Notes under the pieces: model-generated | Told to the model about the DNA's origin: nothing | Databases searched by the model: none | The model's input: only the letters and a program-made list of their open reading frames with translations | Source of the DNA: Octopus vulgaris | Lineage: Eukaryota | NCBI GenBank assembly: GCA_951406725.2 | Contig: OX597820.1 | Span: forward strand, 42,160,001-42,224,000 | Reading direction: 5' to 3' | DNA: 64,000 bases | In this document: positions 45,098 through 59,525 of the stretch, piece after piece | Position numbering within the stretch: position 1 is the first letter of the stretch | Layout of the letters: every line of letters begins with the position of its first letter | Position numbers and translations under genes: made by a program

Positions 45098-45802
45098 CTC
45101 CATCTATTTATCTATCTATCTAGTTTAGGTAGATAGATAGAAGGGGGAAAGATAAAGGTAGAGAAATATAGAATGTTGTAGAAACATTATTCAGAAACGA
45201 CAGAGAAAAAATGAGGTAAGACATATAAGGTGGTGGGAGGGTTTATAGACAAAAAGAAAGGAGGAGAAATAGAGAGAAGTGAGTAAATAAGAGGAAGAAA
45301 TAGCAAATCTACAAAGGAAAAAGATAGAATACCTAAAGAGAGAGCAAGAGCAAGAAAGAGAGGGGGAGGGGGAAGCACGAGAGTGGGAGAGAGAGAGGGA
45401 TGGAAAGAGAACTAGAGATTGAATGACAGAAAGAGGGAGAGAAAGAGTGAGTGAGAGAGAAAACGAGAGAGTAAAAGTGTGAGTATGAGTAGGAGAGTAA
45501 AAAGTATGGTGGGAGGTCCCTGTGTTGAATAATTGACGGGAAGGTGAGGCGAGAATAAATAAATAATAAATAAACAAATAAATGCATAAAATGGAAGGAA
45601 GCAGACGACAGCGAGGTTCCATGTTATTTTAGTTAGCGCAACCGTCCCAGGATGGTTGATTATCTTCTCACGTTGACCACAGTACGAAGAAAGATAGAGC
45701 AGAACACGGTTAGAAAACAGTAGGGATTGAAAGGCGGTGAATAAGGAAGGAATATTTCATCGCAAAGCGCTCGCTCACACTCTCTCACACACGCACGACG
45801 AA

Positions 45803-45888
<86 letters not shown>

Positions 45889-46027
45889 CCTATCTATCTA
45901 TCTATCTTTCTATCTATCTATGTATCTTTCTATCTATCTATGTATCTTTCTATCTATCTAGCTATCTATCTTTCTATCTATATGTCTGTCTTTCTGTCTA
46001 TCTATATCTATATGAATATATATATAA

Positions 46028-46065
<38 letters not shown>

Positions 46066-46198
46066 GTGTGTGTGTATGTATATGTACATGTATATGTACA
46101 TTAAGGTAGTGACGATGTTTTCTTAACGCTTCATTTGATGAAGGTGAAGATGATTATAATGATGAAAATGAATAAGAGCGAAGGTGAGCTAAATAATG

Positions 46199-46230
<32 letters not shown>

Positions 46231-46475
46231 CGTATAAGAAAGAGAGACGACGGTACAAAAACAGGGAAATAAACACCTAAGAAGGGGTTTCAATAACATG
46301 ACTAAATATATTGAAATTTGTCCATTTTTTTTTTAGGGTGGATTTTTTTTTTCATTATACCTATGTGTGTTCGAATTAGATGAAAATAATGTATATATAT
46401 AAAAATGAATGAATATATGAATGGATAATTGAATAAAGATTTAAGAATAATACTTCATGATGATGGATGTGGCCG

Positions 46476-46519
<44 letters not shown>

Positions 46520-46574
46520 GTAATTATATATATGTATATAATAACTGTGTGTGTGCCTGTATATGGTCGAATAA

Positions 46575-46631
<57 letters not shown>

Positions 46632-46880
46632 TACATGTATATATACTGTATGTGTATGTGTGTGCGCGTAGAATATAAACAAGACGCCCGTAACAATATC
46701 AACATTACACGTTTATATTTGATGAAAATGTTAATGCAGTAAAAAGAACTGTAATTAATGTTACTCTTATAAATATATAGAGAAAATAATTTTCTTTCAT
46801 CTATAGACAAGAATATATATACATTAAAACGTCGTAAATATATAGACATAAATATGTGTGTGTGTGTATGGTTATATGTA

Positions 46881-46963
<83 letters not shown>

Positions 46964-47174
46964 GTATCTGTAATAATATATGTGTGTGTGTGTGTATGCA
47001 TGTACATATGTATGTACACATGCTTAAATATATATATGTGTATATATAAACATATTCTTTTACACACGCATATACACTCAGATACTCAGGTATATATATG
47101 AATATATATATATATATATGTGTGTGTATGTGTATATGTGTGTATATATATGTATATATATATATGCACACACA

Positions 47175-47249
<75 letters not shown>

Positions 47250-47431
47250 CTATATGAACATGCTTAATATATGCGTGCATGTGTGGGTATGTGTGAAAAA
47301 TATACACAAAATACACAAAAAATACCCCAAGAAAATCACAACCAACTAAATATATCAAAGACAAAATCAATTCAAAAATAAAATTAAAATTAAAATACCA
47401 AAAACACGAAGAGAAATGGAGAAGAACTTAC

Positions 47432-47665
47432 CGAAATTCTAGTTGGTACCATCAATAGCTTAGAATCACTTTCGCTGTTGTTAAAATGTCCTAGGCGGAA
47501 TCCTTTCGCTTTCACCCATATCCGAAATTTGGAATTTTCCGTGGTGGCTACCTCCTCTCCATTTAGTATACGTACGATCCGATTGTATTTTCTCCGTGTG
47601 ACCGTCTTGGTTTTGCCCGAATCTCCATAGTTTTGAAGGGCCCAAGACTGGAATGTATCATACAT
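47432..47665 (-). CDS. NOL4: N-terminal coding exon of a nucleolar protein 4 (NOL4/NOL4L)-like gene
   Basis: Translates as MYDTFQSWALQNYGDSGKTKTVTRRKYNRIVRILNGEEVATTENSKFRIWVKAKGFRLG...LMVPTRIS, matching the conserved NOL4 N-terminus as I recall it (FQDWCLRTYGDSGKTKTVTRKKY...NAKFKFWVKSKGF). Ends at a canonical phase-0 donor TCG|GTAAGT (47432|47431). First in-frame ATG is 47665; the track start at 48220 is a GTG, and the frame stays open upstream to a TAA at 48293-48295. Confidence 0.9.
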
Positions 47666-47699
47666 TTCGCGTGTAAAACTAACCGAACCAGCACCGACT

Positions 47700-48544
47700 C
47701 CAGCGAGGCCAACGGCTGCACCGACCGTCGGCGTCGTCGTCGTGGTATGAACGTTGGAACGAATATTGGAATTGTTGTTGTCGTCGTCGTCGTCGTCGTG
47801 GTAGTCGTTGTCGTTTTCGTCGTCGTTGTTGTCGTCGTTGTTGTCGTCGTTGTTATTATCGTCTTTATCGTTATCCGTTTCGTCGTTATTGTTATCGTCG
47901 TCGTCGTCGTCGTTATCCAGATAGCCGTTGTTGTTGTTGTTGTTCTTATTGTTGATGTTTTTACCGTTGTTTTTATTGTTGTTGTTCCTAGTGCTGCTGT
48001 CGTTGTCGTGTAAGTCGTCGTCTGCTCGGCCGTCTGCTTGGTCGTCTGCTCCGTTGAATTCGTCGTGGTCGTGGTCGTGGTGGTGGTGGTGTTCGTCACC
48101 GCCGCCGTCGCCGTCGCCGCCAGCTCCACCGCCGCCGCTGCACTTGCAGCTTTCTCCACCGCCGCCGTGATGGTGGGGGTGGGAGTGGCGATTAGTCGTG
48201 GTGGTCAACGTCACCGTCACCGTCGTCGTCGTCCTCGTCGTCGTTGTTGTTGTTGCATTTGTTATCGTAGTTTTTTTAAAAATAATATTTATTTATATTT
48301 TTATTATATTATTACTATTTTAATAATAATTCTTCCTGTTCTGGTCGTCGTGGTCGTCGTGGTAGTCGTCGTAGCCGTCACCGGCAACACTGACTGACTT
48401 TTACCTTTACTGTTACCCCTCCTCCACTGGTTACTTTATAGGACTGGTCGTATTGCTTATCAATGATGATGATAATGATGTTCTTGTAGTTGGTGGTGGC
48501 AGTAGTAGTAGAAATAGTATTATTACTATTATTATTATTATTAT

Positions 48545-48575
<31 letters not shown>

Positions 48576-48724
48576 TGTAGTAGTAGTAGTAGTGATAATA
48601 GTGGGAGTGGGGAGATGTTAGTAGTCGTCGTCGTAGTCGTTGCAGTCAGTGGTCGTTTGAGAAGAGCCACCGCCGCCGTCACCGTTACCAACACATCCAC
48701 CACTGCTACTTCTACCACTGTTGT

Positions 48725-48771
<47 letters not shown>

Positions 48772-49164
48772 TTGGTGCTGCTGCTGCTGCTGCGGGTGCT
48801 ATTACTACTGCTGCCAATGCTGCTGCCGCTGCTGCTGGTGTTGTTGTTACTGCTGCTGCTGGTGCTGCGGGTGCTATTTACTACTGCTGCTGCTGCTGCA
48901 CGGTTGCTACTGCTGCTGATGTTGATTTTGCTGTTGCTACTGCTAATGATGATGTTGTTGTTGTTAGGGCTTCTACTGCTGCTGTAGATGCCACCGCTGC
49001 AGACTGCAGTCTCACACTCGCTGTCCTCGTAGCCGACGTCGTCCTCTTCGTTCGTTGTCGTTGTGGTCGTCGTCGTCGTCGTCGTAATCGTACTTGTCGT
49101 TAACGTTTGCCGGTTGCTGGCTGTTCTTACTCCTTCGGATGATGATGACGACGACGATGATGAC

Positions 49165-49201
<37 letters not shown>

Positions 49202-49245
49202 GTGATGATGATGGTGATGATGATGATGATGGTGATGATGATGCT

Positions 49246-49276
<31 letters not shown>

Positions 49277-49439
49277 TAGAGGATGTGATGGTGGTGGTGG
49301 TGGTGGTGGTGATGATGATGGTGTTGAAGATGAGGATGATGGAGATGGTGGTGACGGTGGTGCTGAATGATGGAGATGGTAGTGACGATGGTGGTGGTGG
49401 TGGTGATACAGGAGATAGTGGTGGTGGTGGTGGTGGTGG

Positions 49440-49483
<44 letters not shown>

Positions 49484-50936
49484 AATTCTCTATTATTTAT
49501 TTTGGGCTACTGCTGTCCTGGTGATTATGGTGGTGGTGGTGTTATTGGTGGTTGTGGTGGTGGTGGTGGTATTAATGATGGTGGGGGGTGTTGGTATTTT
49601 TATTATATTTATTTTTCTGTTTAGTGCTTAGTGGGTGGGATATTGTTGGGGGTTTGTTTAACGCTGGTGTAACCCCTGGATATTGCTGATGGTGGTGGTA
49701 ATGGTGGTAATGGTGGTGGTGGTCGTCGTGGTGATGGTGAGGGTAACGGTGTTAGTAGATTAGAGGTTGTTGACTCGGTTTTGGTGCCTTACACTTGTTA
49801 TTGTTATAAGGCAAGTACCAGTTTTGGTGGTGGTGGTGGCAGTGGTGATGGTGGTGGCGGTGGTGGTTGTGTCGGTGTCCTGGTGGTAGTGTTCGTTTGT
49901 GGCGGTAGTGGTGTGTTCTGGTGATGCAAGTGTTGCAAGTGGTGACGTTGGTTTCTATTAGATGCGAGGAGTCGTTGTTGAGGTGTTTGATATATAAATG
50001 ACGATAAAATTGAAGGCGGTGGTGGTGGTGGTGGAATTCTTTCAATTAATGTATTAGCCGTGTGGCTAATACGGATAGGTGATGTTTAGTGTGTGTTGTG
50101 AAGGCAATGTTGGATCTCTTGAGAGGTGGCTTTTGAGATGGTGGTGGCGGTGAGAGTTTGATTAAGGGTGGATTGATCGCGGTGCTTTTTTACGCGTTGT
50201 TCGTGATAGTTATGTCGGTGATGGAACAGGCGACAGTGTGCTTTCGGATTTTTGATGATAGGCTCTACAGAGTTAGCGGGTGGTAAGGCTAATGGTCATG
50301 ATGCGATTGGTAGTGATATTCAATTTTGAGGCAGGGGTGCTTTTGATAGTCGCTGGGTTCTTTATGATGTTGCTCATGCTGATGCCGATGTGGGCCACAG
50401 CAGTGTTAGAGGATGGCGGTGGTTTTGGTGGTGATGGTGATATGGTGATGGTGGTGGTGGTGATGGTGGTGGTGGTGGTGGTGGTGGTGGTGATGAAGTG
50501 ACTGGCGTCAGTGACGTTGAGAATGTGTTGTAAGCGGTGGCGATGGTATAGCGCTAGCGATGATCTAAGCGATGGGATGTTGGTGGTGACTTTAGAGGGT
50601 GTTGGACGATGGAGGAAGAGATGGCGGTGGTTGTGATGGTTAATGATGATGTTTGTGGGATGGCGGTTTTAGTTTTGGTTTTCGTTTTGGTGGTGGTGGT
50701 GGTGGTGGTGGTGGTGGTGGTGGTGGCGGTGCCGGTGGTGCTGGTGATGGTAATTGGTGACGTTGGCGGTAGTGTTGGCCTGTGATGTTGGGCGGGATGC
50801 TGATGGTTCTTTCAGTGGTGTTTTTGTACCGCTATCATTATTGCTACTATTATATATACTACAGTAAGTAATGTTGCTGTGCTGTGTCGTTTTTTTTATT
50901 CTTCTTAGTCTTGGCACCACTACTACTACCACCACC

Positions 50937-51016
<80 letters not shown>

Positions 51017-51061
51017 CACTACTACTACCACTACTACTACCACCACCACCACCAATATTAC

Positions 51062-51094
<33 letters not shown>

Positions 51095-51170
51095 TACTAC
51101 TACCACCACCACCACTAACACCACCAACACTACTACTACTAATACTACCACCACCACCACCACCACCACC

Positions 51171-51207
<37 letters not shown>

Positions 51208-51450
51208 TTACTACTACTACTACTACTGTTGTTGTTGCTGCTGCTACTGCTACTGCTGCTGCATTTTGCAGCTGTCGTTGATATTATTGCTGCTTCTGTT
51301 GCTGCTGTTACCTTAGTTGCTGTTGCTTCTGTCTTCTGTTTCTCTCATTCGTTGCTGTTCTTGCTGCTGTTGCTGCTGCTGCTGTCACCTGTGTTGTCAC
51401 CTTTGTCAGTGCTGTTGCTTCTATTACTGCTGTGGGTGTAGCGTCGCATC
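47700..51450. repeat. CpG-enriched island of compound trinucleotide repeats upstream of the NOL4 domain
   Basis: Mosaic of (GTC)n, (GTT)n, (GAT)n, (GGT)n, (CTA)n and (CTG)n, essentially without the dinucleotide arrays that dominate the rest of the window. Confidence 0.85.
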
Positions 51451-51484
51451 TATTTTTTCTTATAAACACAACAGTTAGACACTT

Positions 51485-51704
51485 TTTAGTCTTCTACTTG
51501 TTTCAGTCATTTCACTGCGGCCATGCTGGAGCACCACCGCCTTCTAGTCGAGTAAATCGACCCCCAGGACTTATTCTTTTGCAAGCCTAGTACTTATTCT
51601 ATCAGTCTCTTTTGCTGAACCGCTAAGTTACGGGGACGTAAACACACCACCATCGGTTGTCAAGCAATGCTAGGGGGACAAACACAGACACACAAACACA
51701 CACA

Positions 51705-51766
<62 letters not shown>

Positions 51767-51932
51767 TACGACGGGCTTCTTCCAGTTTCCGTCTACCAAA
51801 TCCACTCACAAGGCTTTGGTCGGCCCGAGGCTATAGTAGAAGACACTTGTCCAAGGTGTCACGCAGTGGGAATGAACCCGGAACCATGTGGTTGGTAAGC
51901 AAGCTACTTACCACACAGCCACTCCTGCGCCT
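51485..51932 (-). mobile_element. SINE family A, full length
   Basis: Minus-strand head GGCGCAGGAGTGGCTGTGTGGTAAG...GGGTTCATTCCC (Pol III A/B boxes), internal (TA)n, tail ...CCAGCATGGCCGCAGTGAAATGACTGAAAC. Confidence 0.9.
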
Positions 51933-52299
51933 GTTTTTTTTTTTAAATTGTAATTATATTTTAAATAATATTAAAATGCCACTGTCGTTTTATTGGTATC
52001 TTACTTATTGTCTGTTTATATCATTTCCTCACTGTTGCTATTGGTGATGTTGTTGCTACTTCTCTTGCTGCTCTCTCTCTCTCTCTGCTGCTACTGGTGA
52101 CGATGATACGAGTTTGCTTTAGTTTTGTCCTTCCTTGGTTTCGTATGCTATCAAAATATTGCAAAGTTATTCGTCACACTGGATGTTTCTCCTCTAGTAA
52201 GACCACTATCAACAAAAACATAATCACTACAATCATCACAACTAAGGTTATTACTATTGGGAACACATCTACTACTGCTGCTGCTACTAATAATAACAA

Positions 52300-52749
52300 T
52301 CCTTTCTAAATTTGGTTAAAGTTCAGTAATTTTGGGAGGGACAGGGCAAGTCGTTTACACGGACACCAGAAATCGACCGGTACTTTATTTTGTCGACCTA
52401 CAAATGATGAAAGGCACAGTAATCTTTGTTAATATTTGAAATAAGAGCATGAAGAAGCGCGGGAAATGCCGTAGAGAATTTTAACAACCATAGTAACGAT
52501 TGTCTGCTCACCACCTTTAATATCCATAATATTCATAATCCTTTCTTAGTTGAGCACAACGCTGACATTTTTGAGGCGTACGGAAATTGATTACATTGAC
52601 CTCAGTGCCCAACTGGCACTTATTTTATCGGTCTCGAAATGATGAAAGGCAAAGTAAACTTCTGCGGAATTTTAACTTAGAAAGTAGACGGACAAAATGC
52701 CGCAAAGCATTTTCTCCGGCGCGGTAACAATTGTACCAGCTCACCGCCC

Positions 52750-52750
<1 letters not shown>
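52300..52750 (-). mobile_element. Two tandem SINE family B copies
   Basis: Reverse-complement family B motifs (GATGAAAGGCAAAGT...GGAATTT...CCAGCTCACCGCC) at ~52540-52750, and a more decayed copy at ~52300-52520. Confidence 0.7.
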
Positions 52751-53093
<343 letters not shown>

Positions 53094-53100
53094 ATAATAA

Positions 53101-53292
53101 TCTCAAATTTTAAAACAAACACAATTTTCTTTTGGTTTCTTAAACATTCTCTAGAACAACACTATGTACAAAACCAAATATATGGTACCCGAAGCATAAC
53201 ACCAACATGAACTTCTAATTTGTTGTTTCTTGAGGTCCCTGGGTGAGACTTGGAGCCAACTTGTACAAATGCAAAGAAAAAGTCAAACATAA
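53101..53292 (+). mobile_element. Probable 3'UTR fragment of a second (TAA)n-targeting retroelement family
   Basis: ~190 bp of complex sequence between TAA/TTA arrays, ending ...AAGTCAAACATAAAA then (TAA)n, the same architecture as the neighbouring Dong 3' ends. No similarity to their 3'UTR; family assignment is inference. Confidence 0.5.
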
Positions 53293-55143
<1,851 letters not shown>

Positions 55144-55151
55144 TAATAATA

Positions 55152-55198
<47 letters not shown>

Positions 55199-55204
55199 AG
55201 TAAC

Positions 55205-56610
55205 AGGCAATGGTTGTCGTGGTTTCTGATCTTAACTGATTAGAAGTGTTATCATGTCAGTTGCTTGACCTTAACCAGTTGAGAATGATCCTTAGTGGCT
55301 GACGGTATGTGCATCTCTGATCACGCGCAGAAGTACTGAGGGAGCATCATACTCATGTGCTGAGAGGAATTCTTTGGGGTTTGGATAATTCACCTTTGGA
55401 AACATGGGTGTGTTGTTCAACATCCTTAAACAACCCTTATTCATGGACCTTTTGAGCGGGATGGGCTACTCAACCTGGAGAAAATTCTGACTAGGCCCCA
55501 CAGACAACAGAGGATATCATAAAAAAACTGCAGCCATTTCATTAGAAGAGGAACCTTCTAAGGAGACTCCCTCTCTACACTCCTTTTCTGTCTGGCACTT
55601 AGGCCCTTAATCGACATGCTAAACGGAACTGGCTGTGGATACAAATGATATGGCAAACCAGTCAGCCGTCTCTTGTACCTGTTTGATCTAAAACTGGATG
55701 TGGCAAATGATAAACAACTGGAAACGTTACTACAGGCAGTACATGAATTTACCAAAGAAATAAATATCAAATTCGGTTTAGATTAATGTGCAAAAGCATA
55801 TTTGAAATGTGTAGTAAGAATATCACACTTGTTAAAGAAAATGAAGTAAGAGAATTGGATCAAAACAAGACATAGAAATACTAAGGAATCAATGAACTAA
55901 ATGCAGTGCAACACATACAAATGAAACAACATTACTTACTGTAGTATATAAAATAGTAGTAGAAATACTATTGACGAGTTAAAGGAATAATTAAAAGAGA
56001 ACTCAATGCGAAAAGTAAGATAATAGATATCAGTACTCTAGCTGTCACGGTTATAAGTTACAGTTACACTGTTTTTAATTGAACACTAAATGAACCAACC
56101 AAACTAGACAGGAAAACATGAAATAAATGACAGAATTTAGAATACACCACCCAATATCTGACATAGAAATGTTATATATATAACAGATTGAAGTTCGCTA
56201 TGGCCTTGTACACTTAGAAAACTACTATAAATAGGATTACTGCAATACTTGACTGAGAACCGTGGAAAACTGTTACAAGTAGCCACAACAAGCATGGGAA
56301 ATGTAACAAAAAAACTGTTTTCCGTCTTCAAGGAAACCGAAAAATACATGAAAAGGTCAAAATACTTGACAACGATGAAGGAAAAAATCAAACAAATAAC
56401 AAAAGCTGTAAAGCAATTACAATCTAAGCTAAAACTGGAACTACAAAACACCTTGATAAAATGACGGCAAGAAAAGACCATGTATGGCAAATACTAGGAT
56501 AAGTTAAACAGTAAAGAAATAGACAAAATGAAATCACAACACTGGTAGAGACGCTCAGGACTCACAGCAAAGAATGGAGTATTTTTAACTGCGGTTCAAG
56601 ATTAAAGCAT
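55205..56610 (+). mobile_element. Degenerate R4/Dong-like element: ~300-bp leader block fused to a decayed RT region
   Basis: From ~55540 reads RRGTF*GDSLSTLLFCLAL...RLLYLFDLKL...LETLLQAVHEFTKEINIKFGLD*CAK (decayed QGDSLSP and YMDD motifs), then stays colinear with the 53440 ORF to the AAQDQS region, with many stops and frameshifts. 55205-55405 matches the reverse complement of 13125-13400. Confidence 0.85.
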
Positions 56611-58043
56611 CGTAACCTACAGCGTGTGTTTAGCATTTGAACATCTGATGATGTTCACCTTGTCCAGAATGTGCTACATCTGCTTTCTTCCACGGACAGA
56701 TAGACAAGGAGAAGGACAAAGAAGGAAATGAATTGACTACAGTCCAGATATATTACTCTATTTATCGACACTAAAATGATGAAACGCAAAGGCAATATCT
56801 GCTGGATTTGAACAGAGATCGCAAAAACTCGGTGAACAAACATCGCATTATATCAAAAAATAAACTAAAGTTTCTGTCAATTCGCGTAACACACACGGCC
56901 AAGCACACTCACACACGTACACAGGCGCACAAAATATATTCACATGTATATAATTACCAGTAATACTTTGGGGAAATAATTCGACTATGCCCTTCCTTTT
57001 TATAAATTACCTGGTTTATAGAACTAATCTATATTCTTGGGCTGAAAGTTTATTGATTGACATGAAAAAAATATGCCTGAGCTGTAAACTCTTGCATTCA
57101 TTATTTTCAAATTATCTTATTAATAACTGCATTGTTTCTTTCCAAGTAAACTGATATCTGATTGTTGATGTAACTAGTAGTGACTTTTCTTGAAAATGGA
57201 TAATATTTGGCATCACGATGGTGGCGAGCTGGCAGAATCGTTAGCACGCCGGCCGAAATGCTTAGCAGTATTTCGGCTCCCGTTAGATTCTGAGTTCAAA
57301 TTCAGAATGGAGTATTTTTAACTGCGGTTCAAGATTAAAGCATCGTAACCTACAGCGTGTGTTTAGCATTTGAACATCTGATGATGTTCACCTTGTCCAG
57401 AATGTGCTACATCTGCTTTCTTCCACGGACAGATAGACAAGGAGAAGGACAAAGAAGGAAATGAATTGACTACAGTCCAGATATATTACTCTATTTATCG
57501 ACACTAAAATGATGAAACGCAAAGGCAATATCTGCTGGATTTGAACAGAGATCGCAAAAACTCGGTGAACAAACATCGCATTATATCAAAAAAATAAACT
57601 AAAGTTTCTGTCAATTCGCGTAACACACACGGCCAAGCACACTCACACACGTACACAGGCGCACAAAATATATTCACATTCACATGTATATAATTACCAG
57701 TAATACTTTGGGGAAATAATTCGACTATGCCCTTCCTTTTTATAAATTACCTGGTTTATAGAACTAATCTATATTCTTGGGCTGAAAGTTTATTGATTGA
57801 CATGAAAAAAATATGCCTGAGCTGTAAACTCTTGCATTCATTATTTTCAAATTATCTTATTAATAACTGCATTGTTTCTTTCTAAGTAAACTGATATCTG
57901 ACTGTTGATGTAACTAGTAGCGACTTTTCTTGAAAATGGATAATATTTGGCATCACGATGGTGGCGAGCTGGCAGAATCGTTAGCACGCCGGCCGAAATG
58001 CTTAGCAGTATTTCGGCTCCCGTTAGATTCTGAGTTCAAATTC
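56571..58043 (+). repeat. Near-identical tandem duplication (733 + 740 bp)
   Basis: 56571-57303 is repeated at 57304-58043, giving identical ORFs 56655-56843 and 57388-57576. Only a few substitutions and small indels differ. Confidence 0.95.
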
Positions 58044-59525
58044 CGCCGGGTTTGACATTGCTAGTTTTCCTTTCGGGGTCGATGACATAGGTACAATTGG
58101 AGCCCTGAGGTTGATATAATTCAAATTCCGCCGAGGTCGAATTTGCCTTTCATCCTTTCGGGGTCGATAAATTAAGTACCAGTTACGCACTGGGATCGAT
58201 ATAATCGACTTAATCCGTTTGTCTGTCCTTGTTTGTCCCCTCTGTGTATAGTATCTTGTGGGTAGTGAAGAAATAGGTATTTCGTCTGTCTGTATTTACG
58301 TTCTGAGTTCAAATCCAACCGTGGGCGACTTTGCCTTTCATGCTTTCGGGGTCGATATACTAAGCACCAATTGCGTGCTGCTGTCGATCTAATCGGCTGG
58401 CACCCTTTCCCCAAATTTCGGGCCTTGTGTCTAGAGTAGAAAAGAATATTTGGCATTCCGGTCTTATCAAGTACCTGCAGAAAAAGCGTTTAGCCCCCAA
58501 CGACATTTATGCTGACATTTTTGCTACATTAGAGGACGAGCTCCAGCTTTTTAATCAGTACAAAAGCGGGCAGTTGAATATAGGCGTGGTAGGGATGTCT
58601 TGAAGATGACTCAAGGTTCGGACGTCCTGCAACTGCTACAACCGACCGAAACATTTGCCGTGTTGCCCACGTGTGATAGATGTCAAGTGATTGACTATAA
58701 TTCAAATAGCCAAACCTATCAGCATATCTTGTGAGAGAGTTGAAAATATTCTGCACAATGAACTTGTCATGAAAAATGTTTCTGTGCCGTGGCTGCCCTT
58801 TCGTCTGATACCTGATGAAAACCGCACCAGGCTGATTACATCACGGGAAAATCTGTCATTGTTGGAGGCAGGAACAGTTAGTTTTTTTCAACGCTTTCTA
58901 ACCAAGAATGTGTGTTGGTGCTATCACTCTGAGCCAGAGACAAGGAAACAATCTAAGCCGTGGCAACACCTCTCGTCACCTGCTCCGAAGAAAGCCAAAG
59001 TCATTTCACTTGTAGGAAAGGTGATGACGTCAGTTTTTTGGGATGCAAGAGGCATTATGTATATTATCTTCAAAAAGAGCCACATTGATGGCGAATACTA
59101 TGCCAATTTGTTGAAGCAGTCACGAAAGGCTACCAATACCAAAGGCCCAAGAAAGCTGAAGAAAGTTAATCTTCTTTTATTAGGACAATGCTTCAGCGCA
59201 CAAGCCCTTGCTTTCAATGGTTTCTATGCGTGACTGTTACTTTGAACTGGTTGATCACACTCTCTTTTCTCCTGATTTGGCTCCATCTGACCATCATCTT
59301 CCTCAACATGAAAAAAAAAAACACGACTAGGAAGCAGTATCACTGTGATGATGACGACATATCTGTTGCTGACTTTTTTGATCCACAGAATCAATGTTTT
59401 TCACCAATAAGATCCAAACGCCAATGGAAGAAGAGTGTGGACTGCAAAGCGGACTAAGTTGAAAACTAAACCCCATTTGATCACATTCCATGAGATTATC
59501 TTGGTCAGCCTAGCCTCGAACTTTA
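57772..59525 (+). mobile_element. Decayed mariner (Tc1/mariner) transposon interrupted by SINEs
   Basis: ORF 58691-59233 has mariner motifs LHNEL.MKNVSVPWLP (WVPxxL-like), WCYHSEPETRKQSKPW and KVMTSVFWDARGI; TCTCCTGATTTGGCTCCATCTGAC (SPDLAPSD) at ~59268. ATG at 57936 (MDNIWH), with coding resuming at ~58445 (IKYLQKK). TIR-like GGGCTGAAAGTT at ~57779. Confidence 0.88.
57959..58445 (+). mobile_element. SINE family B tandem inserted in the mariner
   Basis: GGTGGCGAGCTGGCAGAATCGTTAGCACGCCGG...GAGTTCAAATTCCGCC..., with a second copy from ~58275. Flanked by repeated AATATTTGGCAT (57942-57953 and 58445-58456). Confidence 0.85.

Noticed and set aside
47390-48220. Track ORF of 276 aa as a complete gene
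   Set aside because: The start is GTG and the last 13 residues read through the GTAAGT donor into the intron. Only 47432-47665 is supported by homology.
48453-49624. Plus-strand ORFs with poly-D, poly-V, poly-M and poly-L
   Set aside because: Antisense readings of the triplet-repeat island with no independent coding signal.
51870-51932. tRNA gene
   Set aside because: A/B boxes are present but belong to a multi-copy SINE head; no complete cloverleaf.
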